Shown in pieces: positions 1-8,844 of a stretch of 46,968 bases of DNA. This stretch comes from Candidatus Peregrinibacteria bacterium (GTDB lineage: Bacteria; Patescibacteriota; Gracilibacteria; UBA1369; LOWO2-01-FULL-3). Location of the stretch: assembly GCA_016186245.1 (NCBI GenBank), contig JACPLZ010000011.1, positions 1 to 46,968 on the forward strand, in the 5' to 3' direction. Each line of letters starts with the position of its first letter. Positions within the stretch are counted from its first letter, which is position 1. The notes beneath the pieces were generated by a model, which saw only the letters and a list, made by a program, of their open reading frames with translations, did not search any database and was not told where the DNA came from. The position numbers and the translations under genes were made by a program.

Positions 1-104
1 TGTCATCCAACCGTGTCATCCAACCGTGTCATCCAACCGTGTCATCCAACCGTGTCATCCAACCGTGTCATCCAACCGTGTCATCCAACCGTGTCATCCA
101 ACCA
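1..104. repeat. Tandem array of a 13-bp unit TGTCATCCAACCG (8 copies visible, last ends ACCA; may continue left of the window)
   Basis: Direct reading; the unit begins with the same TGTCATCC as the adjacent REP-like hairpin. Confidence 0.95.
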
Positions 105-132
105 TGTCATCCCGAACTTGTTTCGGGATCTC
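105..132 (+). repeat. TGTC-tagged REP-like palindrome TGTC-ATCCCGAA-CTTGT-TTCGGGAT-CTC
   Basis: 8-bp perfect stem with a 5' TGTC tag; same family as units at 27913-28248. Confidence 0.85.
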
Positions 133-423
133 TCATCCCAAATGTTTCCAAAAGCACTCTTGGCAGTAAATAACAAAAGGACTCTCCGCCCTGTATGTGC
201 TGATTATTTCTTTCCGGCATTTATCGCAGGTCCTTTTAAAAAGTTTCCTTTCGTTCCTCAAGCTTAATCTCCTCTGTCTGCGACAATCGGGGCAAAGCTC
301 GGGATTTGGCAGCCCTTTTTTCTTATAAAATGCTTTCTCGGCCTGAATAATTAAAAATTCTTTTTCACATCCTTTGCACGTTACTTTTTCACTTTCGATC
401 GTTGGATTTGCAGTTGTATTCAT
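133..423 (-). CDS. Small zinc-ribbon protein with four CxxC pairs
   Basis: CKGC, CPDC-RRQRR, CDKC, CQEC; homologous to the terminal modules of 18902-20557. Confidence 0.85.
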   Translation of the reverse strand: MNTTANPTIESEKVTCKGCEKEFLIIQAEKAFYKKKGLPNPELCPDCRRQRRLSLRNERKLFKRTCDKCRKEIISTYRAESPFVIYCQECFWKHLG

Positions 424-440
424 GATTTTTGGATTAAAAA

Positions 441-1418
441 TTATTTTATAAATGCAGGCTTTTCCGATAATTCCATCGTTGCATTGCTGTCTTCAAACGG
501 ATATGTAGATGGTAAAAACTGCATGTATTCGCCACTTTTCAACATTTCTTCTTTTATCTGCGCAACTTTTTTGGAATATTCATCTTTGGCATACTGCTCG
601 TTAAAAATTCTGTACTCCGCATGATTCAACGAAAAACATCCAAAACAGTCATGCGAATTATAGACCAGCTCGCAATGATCCAGATCATGATTGTCAAAAC
701 ATGTTACGCAAAAATTACAGTTTGTCAGATTCATTTCCGCCATGACTTCATAGTTAAGTTCAGAGTTATAATAGCTGTTGCTCATATCCATACAATCTTT
801 AAGGCTTACAGCGTTATTGCAATACATACAGTCCTCCAATTCCTTCACGTCAAAACAGCGTAAGGCATTTCTTGAATTATAAACATAATCTCCGGTGAAA
901 TTTTCATTATTCAACTGGTGCACATAAAGGTGAGGCACTTTCTTTTTTACATCTTCGAGCATTTCCTTCATTTCCTCGGTAGAAAGCGTGTTTTTAAGCT
1001 GTTTCACTTTCTCGAAATATTCTTCTTTTGAATATTGCTTATTACCGATCATGTACTGCTTGCGTCTCAAACCTGTGCAGCCGAAACAATTTTTGCATCC
1101 TGCGCAATCGAAACAGTAATCACAATCTGTGCAGTTAACGCAATCCTGTGAGTGATTAACATTATAGCAGTCAATACAGTCCACGCAGTCATAGCAGAGC
1201 CGGCATTTTTGGCAGTAATCGCAATCGGTGCAATCCTCCGAATCATAAAGCCAAAAGCCATAATAACAGTCCTGATCAAACTCACTCCCGCACAAAAGAT
1301 GACAATTTTTCAGATTTCCGCAGTAGCTGACATACGGACTGTTTTCGCAATTAACCGCCACCAGTGCCATCTTTGGCGCCGCCAGTCTAACTTCCTCCAT
1401 TTTTTTGAGATAAGACAT
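441..1418 (-). CDS. Cysteine-rich repeat protein of unknown function (CPR-type)
   Basis: Dense CxxC/CxxS repeats; similar to the core of 18902-20557; start moved to ATG at 1418 to avoid overlap with ybeY. Confidence 0.85.
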   Translation of the reverse strand: MSYLKKMEEVRLAAPKMALVAVNCENSPYVSYCGNLKNCHLLCGSEFDQDCYYGFWLYDSEDCTDCDYCQKCRLCYDCVDCIDCYNVNHSQDCVNCTDCDYCFDCAGCKNCFGCTGLRRKQYMIGNKQYSKEEYFEKVKQLKNTLSTEEMKEMLEDVKKKVPHLYVHQLNNENFTGDYVYNSRNALRCFDVKELEDCMYCNNAVSLKDCMDMSNSYYNSELNYEVMAEMNLTNCNFCVTCFDNHDLDHCELVYNSHDCFGCFSLNHAEYRIFNEQYAKDEYSKKVAQIKEEMLKSGEYMQFLPSTYPFEDSNATMELSEKPAFIK

Positions 1419-1429
1419 AAAAAATCTTT

Positions 1430-1885
1430 TTAGTTTTCCAGCACCTTCTTTGCCCATCCCTCCATCTCCGTCTCCTGCCTATCATTCTCATGGTCAAATC
1501 CAAAACAGTGCAGTAACGCATGCACAAACAAAACTTCCATTTCCTTACTTACCGTATGGCCTTTTTCTTTTGCCTGCTTTTTAGCAGTATCTATCGAAAT
1601 AAAAATATCACCCGCAATCACATCGCCTTTCTTTTTTTTGTATTCGGTTATTTCCAGATATGCAAACGATATCACGTCCGTGGGACTGTCTTTTTTTCTG
1701 TATTCGCGGTTCATTTCATGCATCGCTTTGTCATTTATAATTACCAGGTCTATCAGCCCGTTTCGCCCATACAGCCTGCCATCGACAAGTTTTTTAAGAA
1801 CTTTATAAAACTTTTTGATCCTCTTTTCAAAAAGAGTTTTATCAACTTTTATTTTTGTCTCGTTTGTAAAATCAAGTTTCAGCAT
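1430..1885 (-). CDS. ybeY: rRNA maturation endoribonuclease YbeY
   Basis: NREYRKKDSPTDVISF, GDIFIS and HALLHCFGFDH zinc motif. Confidence 0.95.
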   Translation of the reverse strand: MLKLDFTNETKIKVDKTLFEKRIKKFYKVLKKLVDGRLYGRNGLIDLVIINDKAMHEMNREYRKKDSPTDVISFAYLEITEYKKKKGDVIAGDIFISIDTAKKQAKEKGHTVSKEMEVLFVHALLHCFGFDHENDRQETEMEGWAKKVLEN

Positions 1886-1907
1886 ACCGGCGCATTATAA
1901 CATAGCT

Positions 1908-2885
1908 TTATTTTTGCCAAAGACTTTCATAAATTTCCCATTCCTCTGCGTCAATTTCCCAATAAGGATATATTGCGACACCGGTAAAATTATCCTCATT
2001 GCTTCTGAAATTATTCAGTCCTGAAGTTATTCCTTTCAACCCGTTTTCGATATTTTCCACTTTTGGATTAAAACTTTCCTTTTCCTCGTCATATGAGGGA
2101 ATTCCAACAAGTAATTCTTTTCCGGCCAATAAATTTGACAGCCAAATAGTCTGCTCCCTCACAAGCAAACAATACAGCCATCCACTATTTATCCCTGTGT
2201 CATAAGCCATAACTACAATTTGATCGGCGTATTTTGCGACATTCCGATAATTCACTTCCGAATTAAAATTTTCAAATTCGCGAAAATTCTTCAATACCAA
2301 TATCAATGATTGAGGAATAAATTCCGCCAGCGCCACGGAAATTTTTTTCTCATCCGGCAGCGCCACTCGTGTTTCCTTGAGCAATTCAATAAAATCCAGA
2401 TCGCCATCCCATACCGGCTCAATGTCAAAATGCACGCCGTCAAATCCAATCAGTCCTGAAAAAATCAAAGCCTGCTTGGCGATATTTTTTCTAACTTCTT
2501 CATCGGCCAGATTTATTTTACTTCGCAATTGCCCCAGCCAGGCCTGATAGCGGATATTCTTATCGAATTTTCTGGCCTTATCAATGAAGTTGAAAGCAAA
2601 ATTATAAGTGTCCGGATCAATATTTCCATCTTCCATCAGCGGTCCGGCATGCACAAAAACAAGATCGATTTCATGTCTGGTTAAATTCTGAATCAACTCC
2701 TTGATTTCCTGATTGGATTTTTTTTCACCAAGCCATTCATGCCCTATCCAGGCCGCATTGTGCCCTTTATTGTAGAATGAACCGGGCTCGTTTGCCGACA
2801 AGCCTATGCCAAAATACCAGATCAAAAAAACAACCATGGCCAGAAAAAGTGTCAAAACAAACTTAAACCACGATCGTTTTTTCAT
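1908..2885 (-). CDS. Membrane-anchored GH18-like (chitinase-like TIM barrel) protein
   Basis: N-terminal hydrophobic helix; FDGVHFDIEP (DxxxxDxE-type) and VVMAYD motifs. Confidence 0.65.
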   Translation of the reverse strand: MKKRSWFKFVLTLFLAMVVFLIWYFGIGLSANEPGSFYNKGHNAAWIGHEWLGEKKSNQEIKELIQNLTRHEIDLVFVHAGPLMEDGNIDPDTYNFAFNFIDKARKFDKNIRYQAWLGQLRSKINLADEEVRKNIAKQALIFSGLIGFDGVHFDIEPVWDGDLDFIELLKETRVALPDEKKISVALAEFIPQSLILVLKNFREFENFNSEVNYRNVAKYADQIVVMAYDTGINSGWLYCLLVREQTIWLSNLLAGKELLVGIPSYDEEKESFNPKVENIENGLKGITSGLNNFRSNEDNFTGVAIYPYWEIDAEEWEIYESLWQK

Positions 2886-3406
2886 ATTTTATTTAAAGCG
2901 TCATACATAATAATCCCATAACATACCGAAACATTCAAAGAATTTGCCCTGCCAAGCATCGGTAACTCCACGGCCATGTCTGCCATGGCCATTACTTCAT
3001 CGGATACCCCATTAACCTCATGGCCAAACACAAAACATACAGGATACCCATACGCAGCTTTTGAATATTCAACGGAGTTATTGGCCAATTCCACGACCGC
3101 GATTTTTACACCCTCTTTTTTAAGCTTTTTTAAAACTTCTACGGCGCTTTCATTATATTCCCACGGAACCAACTCCTCTGCGCCAAGGGCTGTTTTGGAA
3201 ATTTCCCTGCGTGGCGGACAGCCTGTAATACCGCAAAGATACAGTTTTTTCAGCAATACCGCATCGGACGTTCTGAAAATCGACCCCACATTATATAAAC
3301 TTCTCACATTATCAAGCAGGGCAAAAATCGGATTTCTTTTTTTCTTCCTTACTTTTGCCGCGCTTGGCTTTTTTTTGAGAATTTCTTTATGACTCCGTTT
3401 CTTCAT
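2882..3406 (-). CDS. SpoU/TrmH-family RNA 2'-O-methyltransferase
   Basis: LDNVRSLYNVGSIFRT, FGHEVNGVS, LPMLGRANSLNVS motifs; start could be 3415. Confidence 0.9.
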   Translation of the reverse strand: MKKRSHKEILKKKPSAAKVRKKKRNPIFALLDNVRSLYNVGSIFRTSDAVLLKKLYLCGITGCPPRREISKTALGAEELVPWEYNESAVEVLKKLKKEGVKIAVVELANNSVEYSKAAYGYPVCFVFGHEVNGVSDEVMAMADMAVELPMLGRANSLNVSVCYGIIMYDALNKI

Positions 3407-5516
3407 CCCTGGCATTTATAAACGTCAAAGTACGATTAATCAAATCCTGTAATTCCTGTTCTGTAATGGGATCTTCGGGTCTGAAAAATTCATCATCATC
3501 TACAATGCCATTTTCCACGCCAAAATTAATATAGCGCGGATACCACCACATATGGCTGATTTTACTGTTTACATCAACAAAATAGGATTTTTGACTAGTC
3601 AGATTTTCTTCCGATCCCAAATCTCTTATCAGCTCAAAACGATACCTTGGAAACACCAGATCATTTGCGCCAAAAATAATCTTTAGCGCCTGGATTCTGG
3701 TAACTTGATCATCCGGTTTAAAAGGACTTCCATACTCACTCATATAACCGTTGACTATCCCAAGCAGGGTCGCCGTATTGACGGCTTCGTAGTAGGGATT
3801 TTCAGGCTGTACATCGGGATAAAGCACCAATGGACCCTCCAGATTTATTCCGTCGTATGATGACATTGCCATAAAATTAAACAGACAGAAATCAATATAA
3901 TCTTTGCATTGATCCAGGACATCAACTTTTTTCTTTTTCAGGTCAAACTGATCCAGAATTACCGTCAGGATTTCCCCCCTGGCCAAAACACTTCCTTGGC
4001 TATCCAAAACAGGTCTTTCATGGCCAAATATTTCATTGTTTCCGGGAAAAATAAATACTTTCCCGTTATTTACTGCAAATTTCCCTTCAGAATATCTTGA
4101 GCCTACAACAATATCCTGTACGCCATCATGATTAAAATCCATCACTGCGGCGCTATATCCAAACCAGTCATCTGCATTTTCACCGTGGATTAAAGAATGG
4201 ACATCTTTTTTACTGATACTGAATATTTTATCGTACCCGATAACATCTCCATACACGATATACACGTCGCCTGGAGCATCGCTGACCAATGTATTGATGC
4301 CGGGCGCCCCAACTATCACTTCATCCTTTTTATCTCCATTTATGTCGGAGAGAATCACACTGGCGCCGGGTATGGCCTCATCATTTGCATCATTGATTAT
4401 CGCATCGGGAACAAATGGAGAATTTTTTTTGGAAAGGAATCTTTCTCCGCCGAAATAAATTTTAATCATCGCGTCTTTTCGGTCTCCGGTATAAGGAAAA
4501 GAACTGATAGCCATATCATCTATCCCATCGCCGTTTATATCGCCGGTGTCCAGGTCAAACCCGAACCATTGTCTGTTTTTATCTCCTTCAAGCGTTATCG
4601 AAGCAATATCAACAATCCTCGGAAAAAGTTTTTTGCCGCTGTACATATACATTCTGCCGGCCTGCTCGTTTTTGCCAATTGTGGAAGAATATGCTCCCAT
4701 GAGCACATCATTTTTTGTGTCCCCATCTATATCCGCAACGCCTATCGATGCCCCAAAACGCTCCCCTGGTTTATTTCCCCTGAAAAGGACATTTTGATCT
4801 TCACTAATCCCGCGTATGGATCCATAATACGCGCTTACATTGCCGGATTTTGGATAATTAATGGAATCGGAAAAAGGCGAACTGACAAGCAAATCATCGG
4901 TGCTGTCACTGTCAATATCGCCTGTCGCAAGTGAATATCCAAAACCATCTCCATCCCTGAAACCTTTCAAAATTATGTCCGCCCTATTTAATGAAAAATC
5001 AAAATCCGTCTGGATATTTTTAAAAGCCTCCGGTGGGCGGCCATTCATTATATACACTTTTCCGGTGTGATTTCCCTCAAATGAAGCCTTAAATGCTCCA
5101 ATAGCAAAATCTTCAAATCCATCACGATTAAAATCACCGGTAGCCAGGGATGTCCCCAATTGATCTCCCCCGCTTTCTCCAAAAAAACTGATGTCATGAT
5201 AGTCGCTGCTCCCTTCCACGATGGAATTACGGCCGAATATCAATTGTACCATTCCACTCCATTGGCGATTGTCGTAAGTGGCAAAAGGAGAAGAAACAAT
5301 TAAATCATCCAAACCATCATTATTAAAATCTCCGCTGACAATTTCCGCTCCAAACTGTCCGCCAGGATATGTCCCTGCAAATTCGATTTTATCAACGGAA
5401 AGAGCTGTATCAAGCTCGTGGACCATTTTTAACGCAAAGACGCTGTTAAGCGGAAAGAATAAGGCAAAAACACTTAAACAAAAACAGAGAATTGCTTTGA
5501 AATGAGGATTCAACAT
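3387..5516 (-). CDS. Secreted FG-GAP (integrin-alpha-like beta-propeller) protein with C-terminal SLH domains
   Basis: Signal peptide; about seven FG...GDFNxDGxDD repeats; C-terminal YPDV..YYEAV..GIVNGY..FKPD..TRIQALK; start at 5516 supported by CATAAT 7 nt upstream (alternative 5525). Confidence 0.85.
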   Translation of the reverse strand: MLNPHFKAILCFCLSVFALFFPLNSVFALKMVHELDTALSVDKIEFAGTYPGGQFGAEIVSGDFNNDGLDDLIVSSPFATYDNRQWSGMVQLIFGRNSIVEGSSDYHDISFFGESGGDQLGTSLATGDFNRDGFEDFAIGAFKASFEGNHTGKVYIMNGRPPEAFKNIQTDFDFSLNRADIILKGFRDGDGFGYSLATGDIDSDSTDDLLVSSPFSDSINYPKSGNVSAYYGSIRGISEDQNVLFRGNKPGERFGASIGVADIDGDTKNDVLMGAYSSTIGKNEQAGRMYMYSGKKLFPRIVDIASITLEGDKNRQWFGFDLDTGDINGDGIDDMAISSFPYTGDRKDAMIKIYFGGERFLSKKNSPFVPDAIINDANDEAIPGASVILSDINGDKKDEVIVGAPGINTLVSDAPGDVYIVYGDVIGYDKIFSISKKDVHSLIHGENADDWFGYSAAVMDFNHDGVQDIVVGSRYSEGKFAVNNGKVFIFPGNNEIFGHERPVLDSQGSVLARGEILTVILDQFDLKKKKVDVLDQCKDYIDFCLFNFMAMSSYDGINLEGPLVLYPDVQPENPYYEAVNTATLLGIVNGYMSEYGSPFKPDDQVTRIQALKIIFGANDLVFPRYRFELIRDLGSEENLTSQKSYFVDVNSKISHMWWYPRYINFGVENGIVDDDEFFRPEDPITEQELQDLINRTLTFINARDEETES

Positions 5517-5572
5517 CCAGCCCATTATGAGTACTGCAATTATTGAAGTAAAGATTTTATAAACGGCGCCGC

Positions 5573-5969
5573 TAGACACGAGTAGACAATTAAAGTACAA
5601 TCGCGCCGAATTTGTCCACTCTCTGTCTATACACTGTCTATAGACATTACTAGACATAAAATATGCAAGTAGACAACGCTCAAAAACAGTACAATTTAAG
5701 TCGTGAAGCGGCTAGTAAACTGCTTAAAGTCTCAATGCGGACACTGGACAGGTATTTGGGTGGCAAAAAACTGTCTAGTCAACTAGTCAACGGTAGAATA
5801 TGGCTCAATAAAGAGGAAATAGATTCTTTATTGCATGATAAAAATCGTGCGGTGGTAGTAGACAAAGTAGACATGTCTACATCCAAAATGTCTATAGGCG
5901 TCCACATGGACAATGTAGACAATATGGACAGCCCGGAGCAGGACGCTGTCGACATCCTGTCTAGTCAAC
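5573..5969. promoter_or_regulatory. Cluster of about 19 TAGACA/TGTCTA-type hexamers, a putative protein-binding array
   Basis: Exact sites at 5573, 5583, 5624, 5635, 5641, 5651, 5670, 5772, 5859, 5868, 5874, 5889, 5916, 5958; TGGACA/TGTCCA at 5613, 5745, 5907, 5925; TGTCGACA at 5947. Confidence 0.75.
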
Positions 5970-6322
5970 CGCGAAAAATCAGCCAGCAAAGCGGCAGCGG
6001 CAATGCTTATAAAAAACTTTTTGAAGAACTGCGTGATGAGCTTCGCGAGAAACAGGAACGTCTGGAAATTGCCAATTATCGCGTCGGTCAGCTCGAGGCT
6101 CAAGTCCGAAATAGCATCCCCATGCTTGAATATCATCGCGAAAATTTTGAAAAGCAGCGGGTGCAGCAGGAGCTTTCCGGTAAGCTTGAGGAGTCCACAA
6201 GCCTGATCAAACAGCTATATTTAAAAATAAAATATGAAAGCTTCGGCAAAAAGTTGTTTTTGATTATTCTGTTGGGCGTACTGGCGTTACAGCCATTGTG
6301 GCTTTTGCTAAGGGACATCTGA
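5663..6322 (+). CDS. Xis/MerR-like HTH protein with coiled coil and C-terminal transmembrane anchor
   Basis: LSREAASKLLKVSMRTLDRYL..GRIWL winged HTH; heptad region LFEELRDELREKQERLE; terminal hydrophobic LFLIILLGVLALQPLWLLL. Confidence 0.85.
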   Translation: MQVDNAQKQYNLSREAASKLLKVSMRTLDRYLGGKKLSSQLVNGRIWLNKEEIDSLLHDKNRAVVVDKVDMSTSKMSIGVHMDNVDNMDSPEQDAVDILSSQPRKISQQSGSGNAYKKLFEELRDELREKQERLEIANYRVGQLEAQVRNSIPMLEYHRENFEKQRVQQELSGKLEESTSLIKQLYLKIKYESFGKKLFLIILLGVLALQPLWLLLRDI

Positions 6323-6350
6323 AAAACCCTACAACGCTTTGTGTTGAGCA

Positions 6351-6388
6351 TGTCATGGTGAGCAGATTTCTGCGTAAGCAAAAATCCC
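6351..6388 (+). repeat. TGTC-tagged hairpin element between convergent genes
   Basis: TGTCATGGTGAGCAGATTTCTGCGTAAGCAAAAATCC; near-copy at 40831-40866. Confidence 0.6.
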
Positions 6389-6395
6389 TTGACCG

Positions 6396-7013
6396 CTATT
6401 TCATCTGAATAACCTCACGTCTCTCCATCTCAATTTCCAGAGATGGATACACGGCTTTAAGCCGGCTCAAAATTCCCCCGGGCATTTCCATCGTGCCGGC
6501 AAGCACAGCATAATCCCCTATCGCCTCGAAAACATACGGAGCGGATAGAATACTGCCGTTTAAAAGTATTTGCCCCTGCGGCAGCATATCGAAACCGGCT
6601 GTTGTATTGCTGATTCTTATGCCATTTACCGACACTCCCTGTGCGCCTGACGCAAACAGTTCATTCACAAAATCTACAAACCAGGACGTTGGCAGCGCGC
6701 CCTGTATTTCAATGGCAATGCCATTTCCAAAAACAGCATCATCCCCTTTAAGTTTCTTATATTTTTCGATTTCAGTCTGGATTGCTTCCAGCGCCAGATT
6801 TCTATTTGATAACTGTTTTATATTCAACTCAAGATCCTGTATTTCCTTTTTCAAATCTTCATTTTTCTGTTTCAAAATTTTTATTTCCTGAAAAACATTG
6901 CTTTCCGCATCACGATCGAATAATTCAGTTACTCTGTCTGTGCCGCCAGCCCTAAGCCCTAAAATGACTACTATGCCCAAAACAGCCACGAGAATATAAA
7001 TTTTATTGTTCAT
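6396..7013 (-). CDS. DUF881-family (YlxX/YlxW-like) membrane protein
   Basis: N-terminal TM, coiled coil, VNELFASGAQGVSVNGIRI, APYVFEAIGD. Confidence 0.85.
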   Translation of the reverse strand: MNNKIYILVAVLGIVVILGLRAGGTDRVTELFDRDAESNVFQEIKILKQKNEDLKKEIQDLELNIKQLSNRNLALEAIQTEIEKYKKLKGDDAVFGNGIAIEIQGALPTSWFVDFVNELFASGAQGVSVNGIRISNTTAGFDMLPQGQILLNGSILSAPYVFEAIGDYAVLAGTMEMPGGILSRLKAVYPSLEIEMERREVIQMK

Positions 7014-7708
7014 TTTTGAACCAGATTTAAATAATCCGTCCTTAAGTCGCCATTATAAATTGGCGCTACGATGCTGTTGCTTTTCTTTATCTTAAAAGTC
7101 AGGCCATTTTTATTCATTCTCGCATAAATATCCGGCAAAAGCTCTCTGCTCAAAAGTCTCTGCAAAATAACATCCTGATCGCCAATAGCTGTAATTATAA
7201 ATGGCGCCGCCAAATGGGAGTTATTTACAAGGATGGTTGTACCGACAGCGGCAACCGCCGAGCTGGCAATTATGCGCTGTCCATTGACCGAAATAGCCTC
7301 TGCGCTTGCCGCATTAAGAATGTTAACGATGTCGCGGATGTCTGCTGCCTGGACCAGCGCTTCGGGCTGGTTTGGTGAATTCCCGTCATTCAACAGGATT
7401 TCCACTCCTTTTCCGCTTGCCTCCACAAGCCCAATATCTTTTTTTAATTTTTCCAGAATGTCCAGACTGACCGAAGCCGTTTGCATATCAAGCTCTTTTT
7501 GGGATTCATCAATCTGTTTGCGCAAAAATACGATCCTGCTTTGAAGATAAGCCTGCTCGTCAAGGAATGTTTTTATCAATTCTTCCCTGGTTTCCAATTC
7601 GTCAGATGAAAGAATATCTCCGGTATTTTTGCCGTAGATACTCCATGCCAAAACCAGTCCAAGAATTATTACGCTCAACAGGATTGTTGCAACAGCATTT
7701 TTCCTCAT
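7010..7708 (-). CDS. DUF881-family (YlxW/YlxX-like) membrane protein
   Basis: GKGVEILLND, DIRDIVNILNAASAEAISVNGQRI, APFIITAIGD; start could be 7744. Confidence 0.85.
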   Translation of the reverse strand: MRKNAVATILLSVIILGLVLAWSIYGKNTGDILSSDELETREELIKTFLDEQAYLQSRIVFLRKQIDESQKELDMQTASVSLDILEKLKKDIGLVEASGKGVEILLNDGNSPNQPEALVQAADIRDIVNILNAASAEAISVNGQRIIASSAVAAVGTTILVNNSHLAAPFIITAIGDQDVILQRLLSRELLPDIYARMNKNGLTFKIKKSNSIVAPIYNGDLRTDYLNLVQK

Positions 7709-7775
7709 CTGCAGAATAATTATTGACAAAAAAACAATAACCATCTTATCTGTTCTTTACAAGCAATAAAATAAA

Positions 7776-8588
7776 ATGATTGGAATTTTTGACTCGGGAT
7801 ATGGTGGTTTAACTGTTTTTAAGCCGATAATCGAGCTTTTACCGGAGTATGATTATATCTATCTCGGAGATAGCGCCCGCGCGCCTTATGGTGGAAGGAG
7901 TGGGGAAGTGATCAAGAAATTTTCCGAAGAAGCTGTGGAATTTTTGTTTAAACACGGGGCGAATTTGATAATATTTGCTTGCAATACCGCATCAAGTCTC
8001 GCACTTAGGCACGTGCAGGAAAAATATTTAAAAGGCCCTAATGAAAGAGAACGGAAAATTTTGGGTGTCCTCATCCCTGTTGCGGAGGAAGCGGTTAAAA
8101 CGACCAAAAACGGCCACATTGGAGTGATTGGCACAAAAGCTACGATTCAATCGAAGGTTTATGAAACTGAAATCCACAAATTAAAACCGCACATCAAAGT
8201 TTTTCAGCAGGCCTGTCCGCTGCTTGTGCCGTTTATTGAAGAAAACTGGCATAAAAAACCGGAGGCAAATTCGATCTTGAAGAAATATCTGCTTCCGTTA
8301 AAAAGCACTCACATAGATACTCTTATTCCGGGTTGCACGCATTATCCATTGATGATTGGTCAAATTGAAAAATATATGGGCAAAAAGACCAAAATCCTGC
8401 ATTCCGGCGAAATCACTGCAGGAAAACTTAAAGAATATTTGGAGCGCCATCCTGAAATTGACAGCAAATTGGCGAAGAATAAAAATCGCACCTTTTTCAC
8501 TACGGACAATCCCAGGCGATTTAAAGAATTTACCGAGCAGCATTTTGGAATGAAAATCAAAATGCCGGCACAGATTGAACTGGGATAA
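7776..8588 (+). CDS. murI: Glutamate racemase
   Basis: IGIFDSGYGGLTV, ACNTAS, GCTHYP. Confidence 0.97.
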   Translation: MIGIFDSGYGGLTVFKPIIELLPEYDYIYLGDSARAPYGGRSGEVIKKFSEEAVEFLFKHGANLIIFACNTASSLALRHVQEKYLKGPNERERKILGVLIPVAEEAVKTTKNGHIGVIGTKATIQSKVYETEIHKLKPHIKVFQQACPLLVPFIEENWHKKPEANSILKKYLLPLKSTHIDTLIPGCTHYPLMIGQIEKYMGKKTKILHSGEITAGKLKEYLERHPEIDSKLAKNKNRTFFTTDNPRRFKEFTEQHFGMKIKMPAQIELG

Positions 8589-8597
8589 AAACTTCTT

Positions 8598-8837
8598 TGA
8601 AAATAGCGGATATGATTGCGAAATTCCGAACGAGCGAGTTTGAAAATTTTGTCTGCCGAATCATGCAAATCATGACGAAAAAAGCGTGAAAAAAATCGCT
8701 GTCTGAGCGCTCCTGATGAAAGTCAGGAAGCGAGTTTGCGATTTTTAGCTTTTTAAGCTCATGATTTCAGGCTCGGCAGGCAAAACTTTTCAATCCCGAG
8801 CGAGCGAGGAATTTCGCAATCATATCCGCTATTTTCA
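8598..8837. mobile_element. 240-bp MITE/REP-like palindromic element
   Basis: Perfect 30-bp terminal inverted repeat TGAAAATAGCGGATATGATTGCGAAATTCC plus nested internal stems. Confidence 0.75.
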
Positions 8838-8844
8838 TGAAAAT

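Noticed and set aside
13..267. 84-aa ORF with repeated peptide
   Set aside because: Translation of the 13-bp tandem repeat; antisense to a real gene
5517..5657. N-terminal extension of the FG-GAP ORF
   Set aside because: Signal peptide starts at residue 45-48; region is the divergent promoter and repeat array
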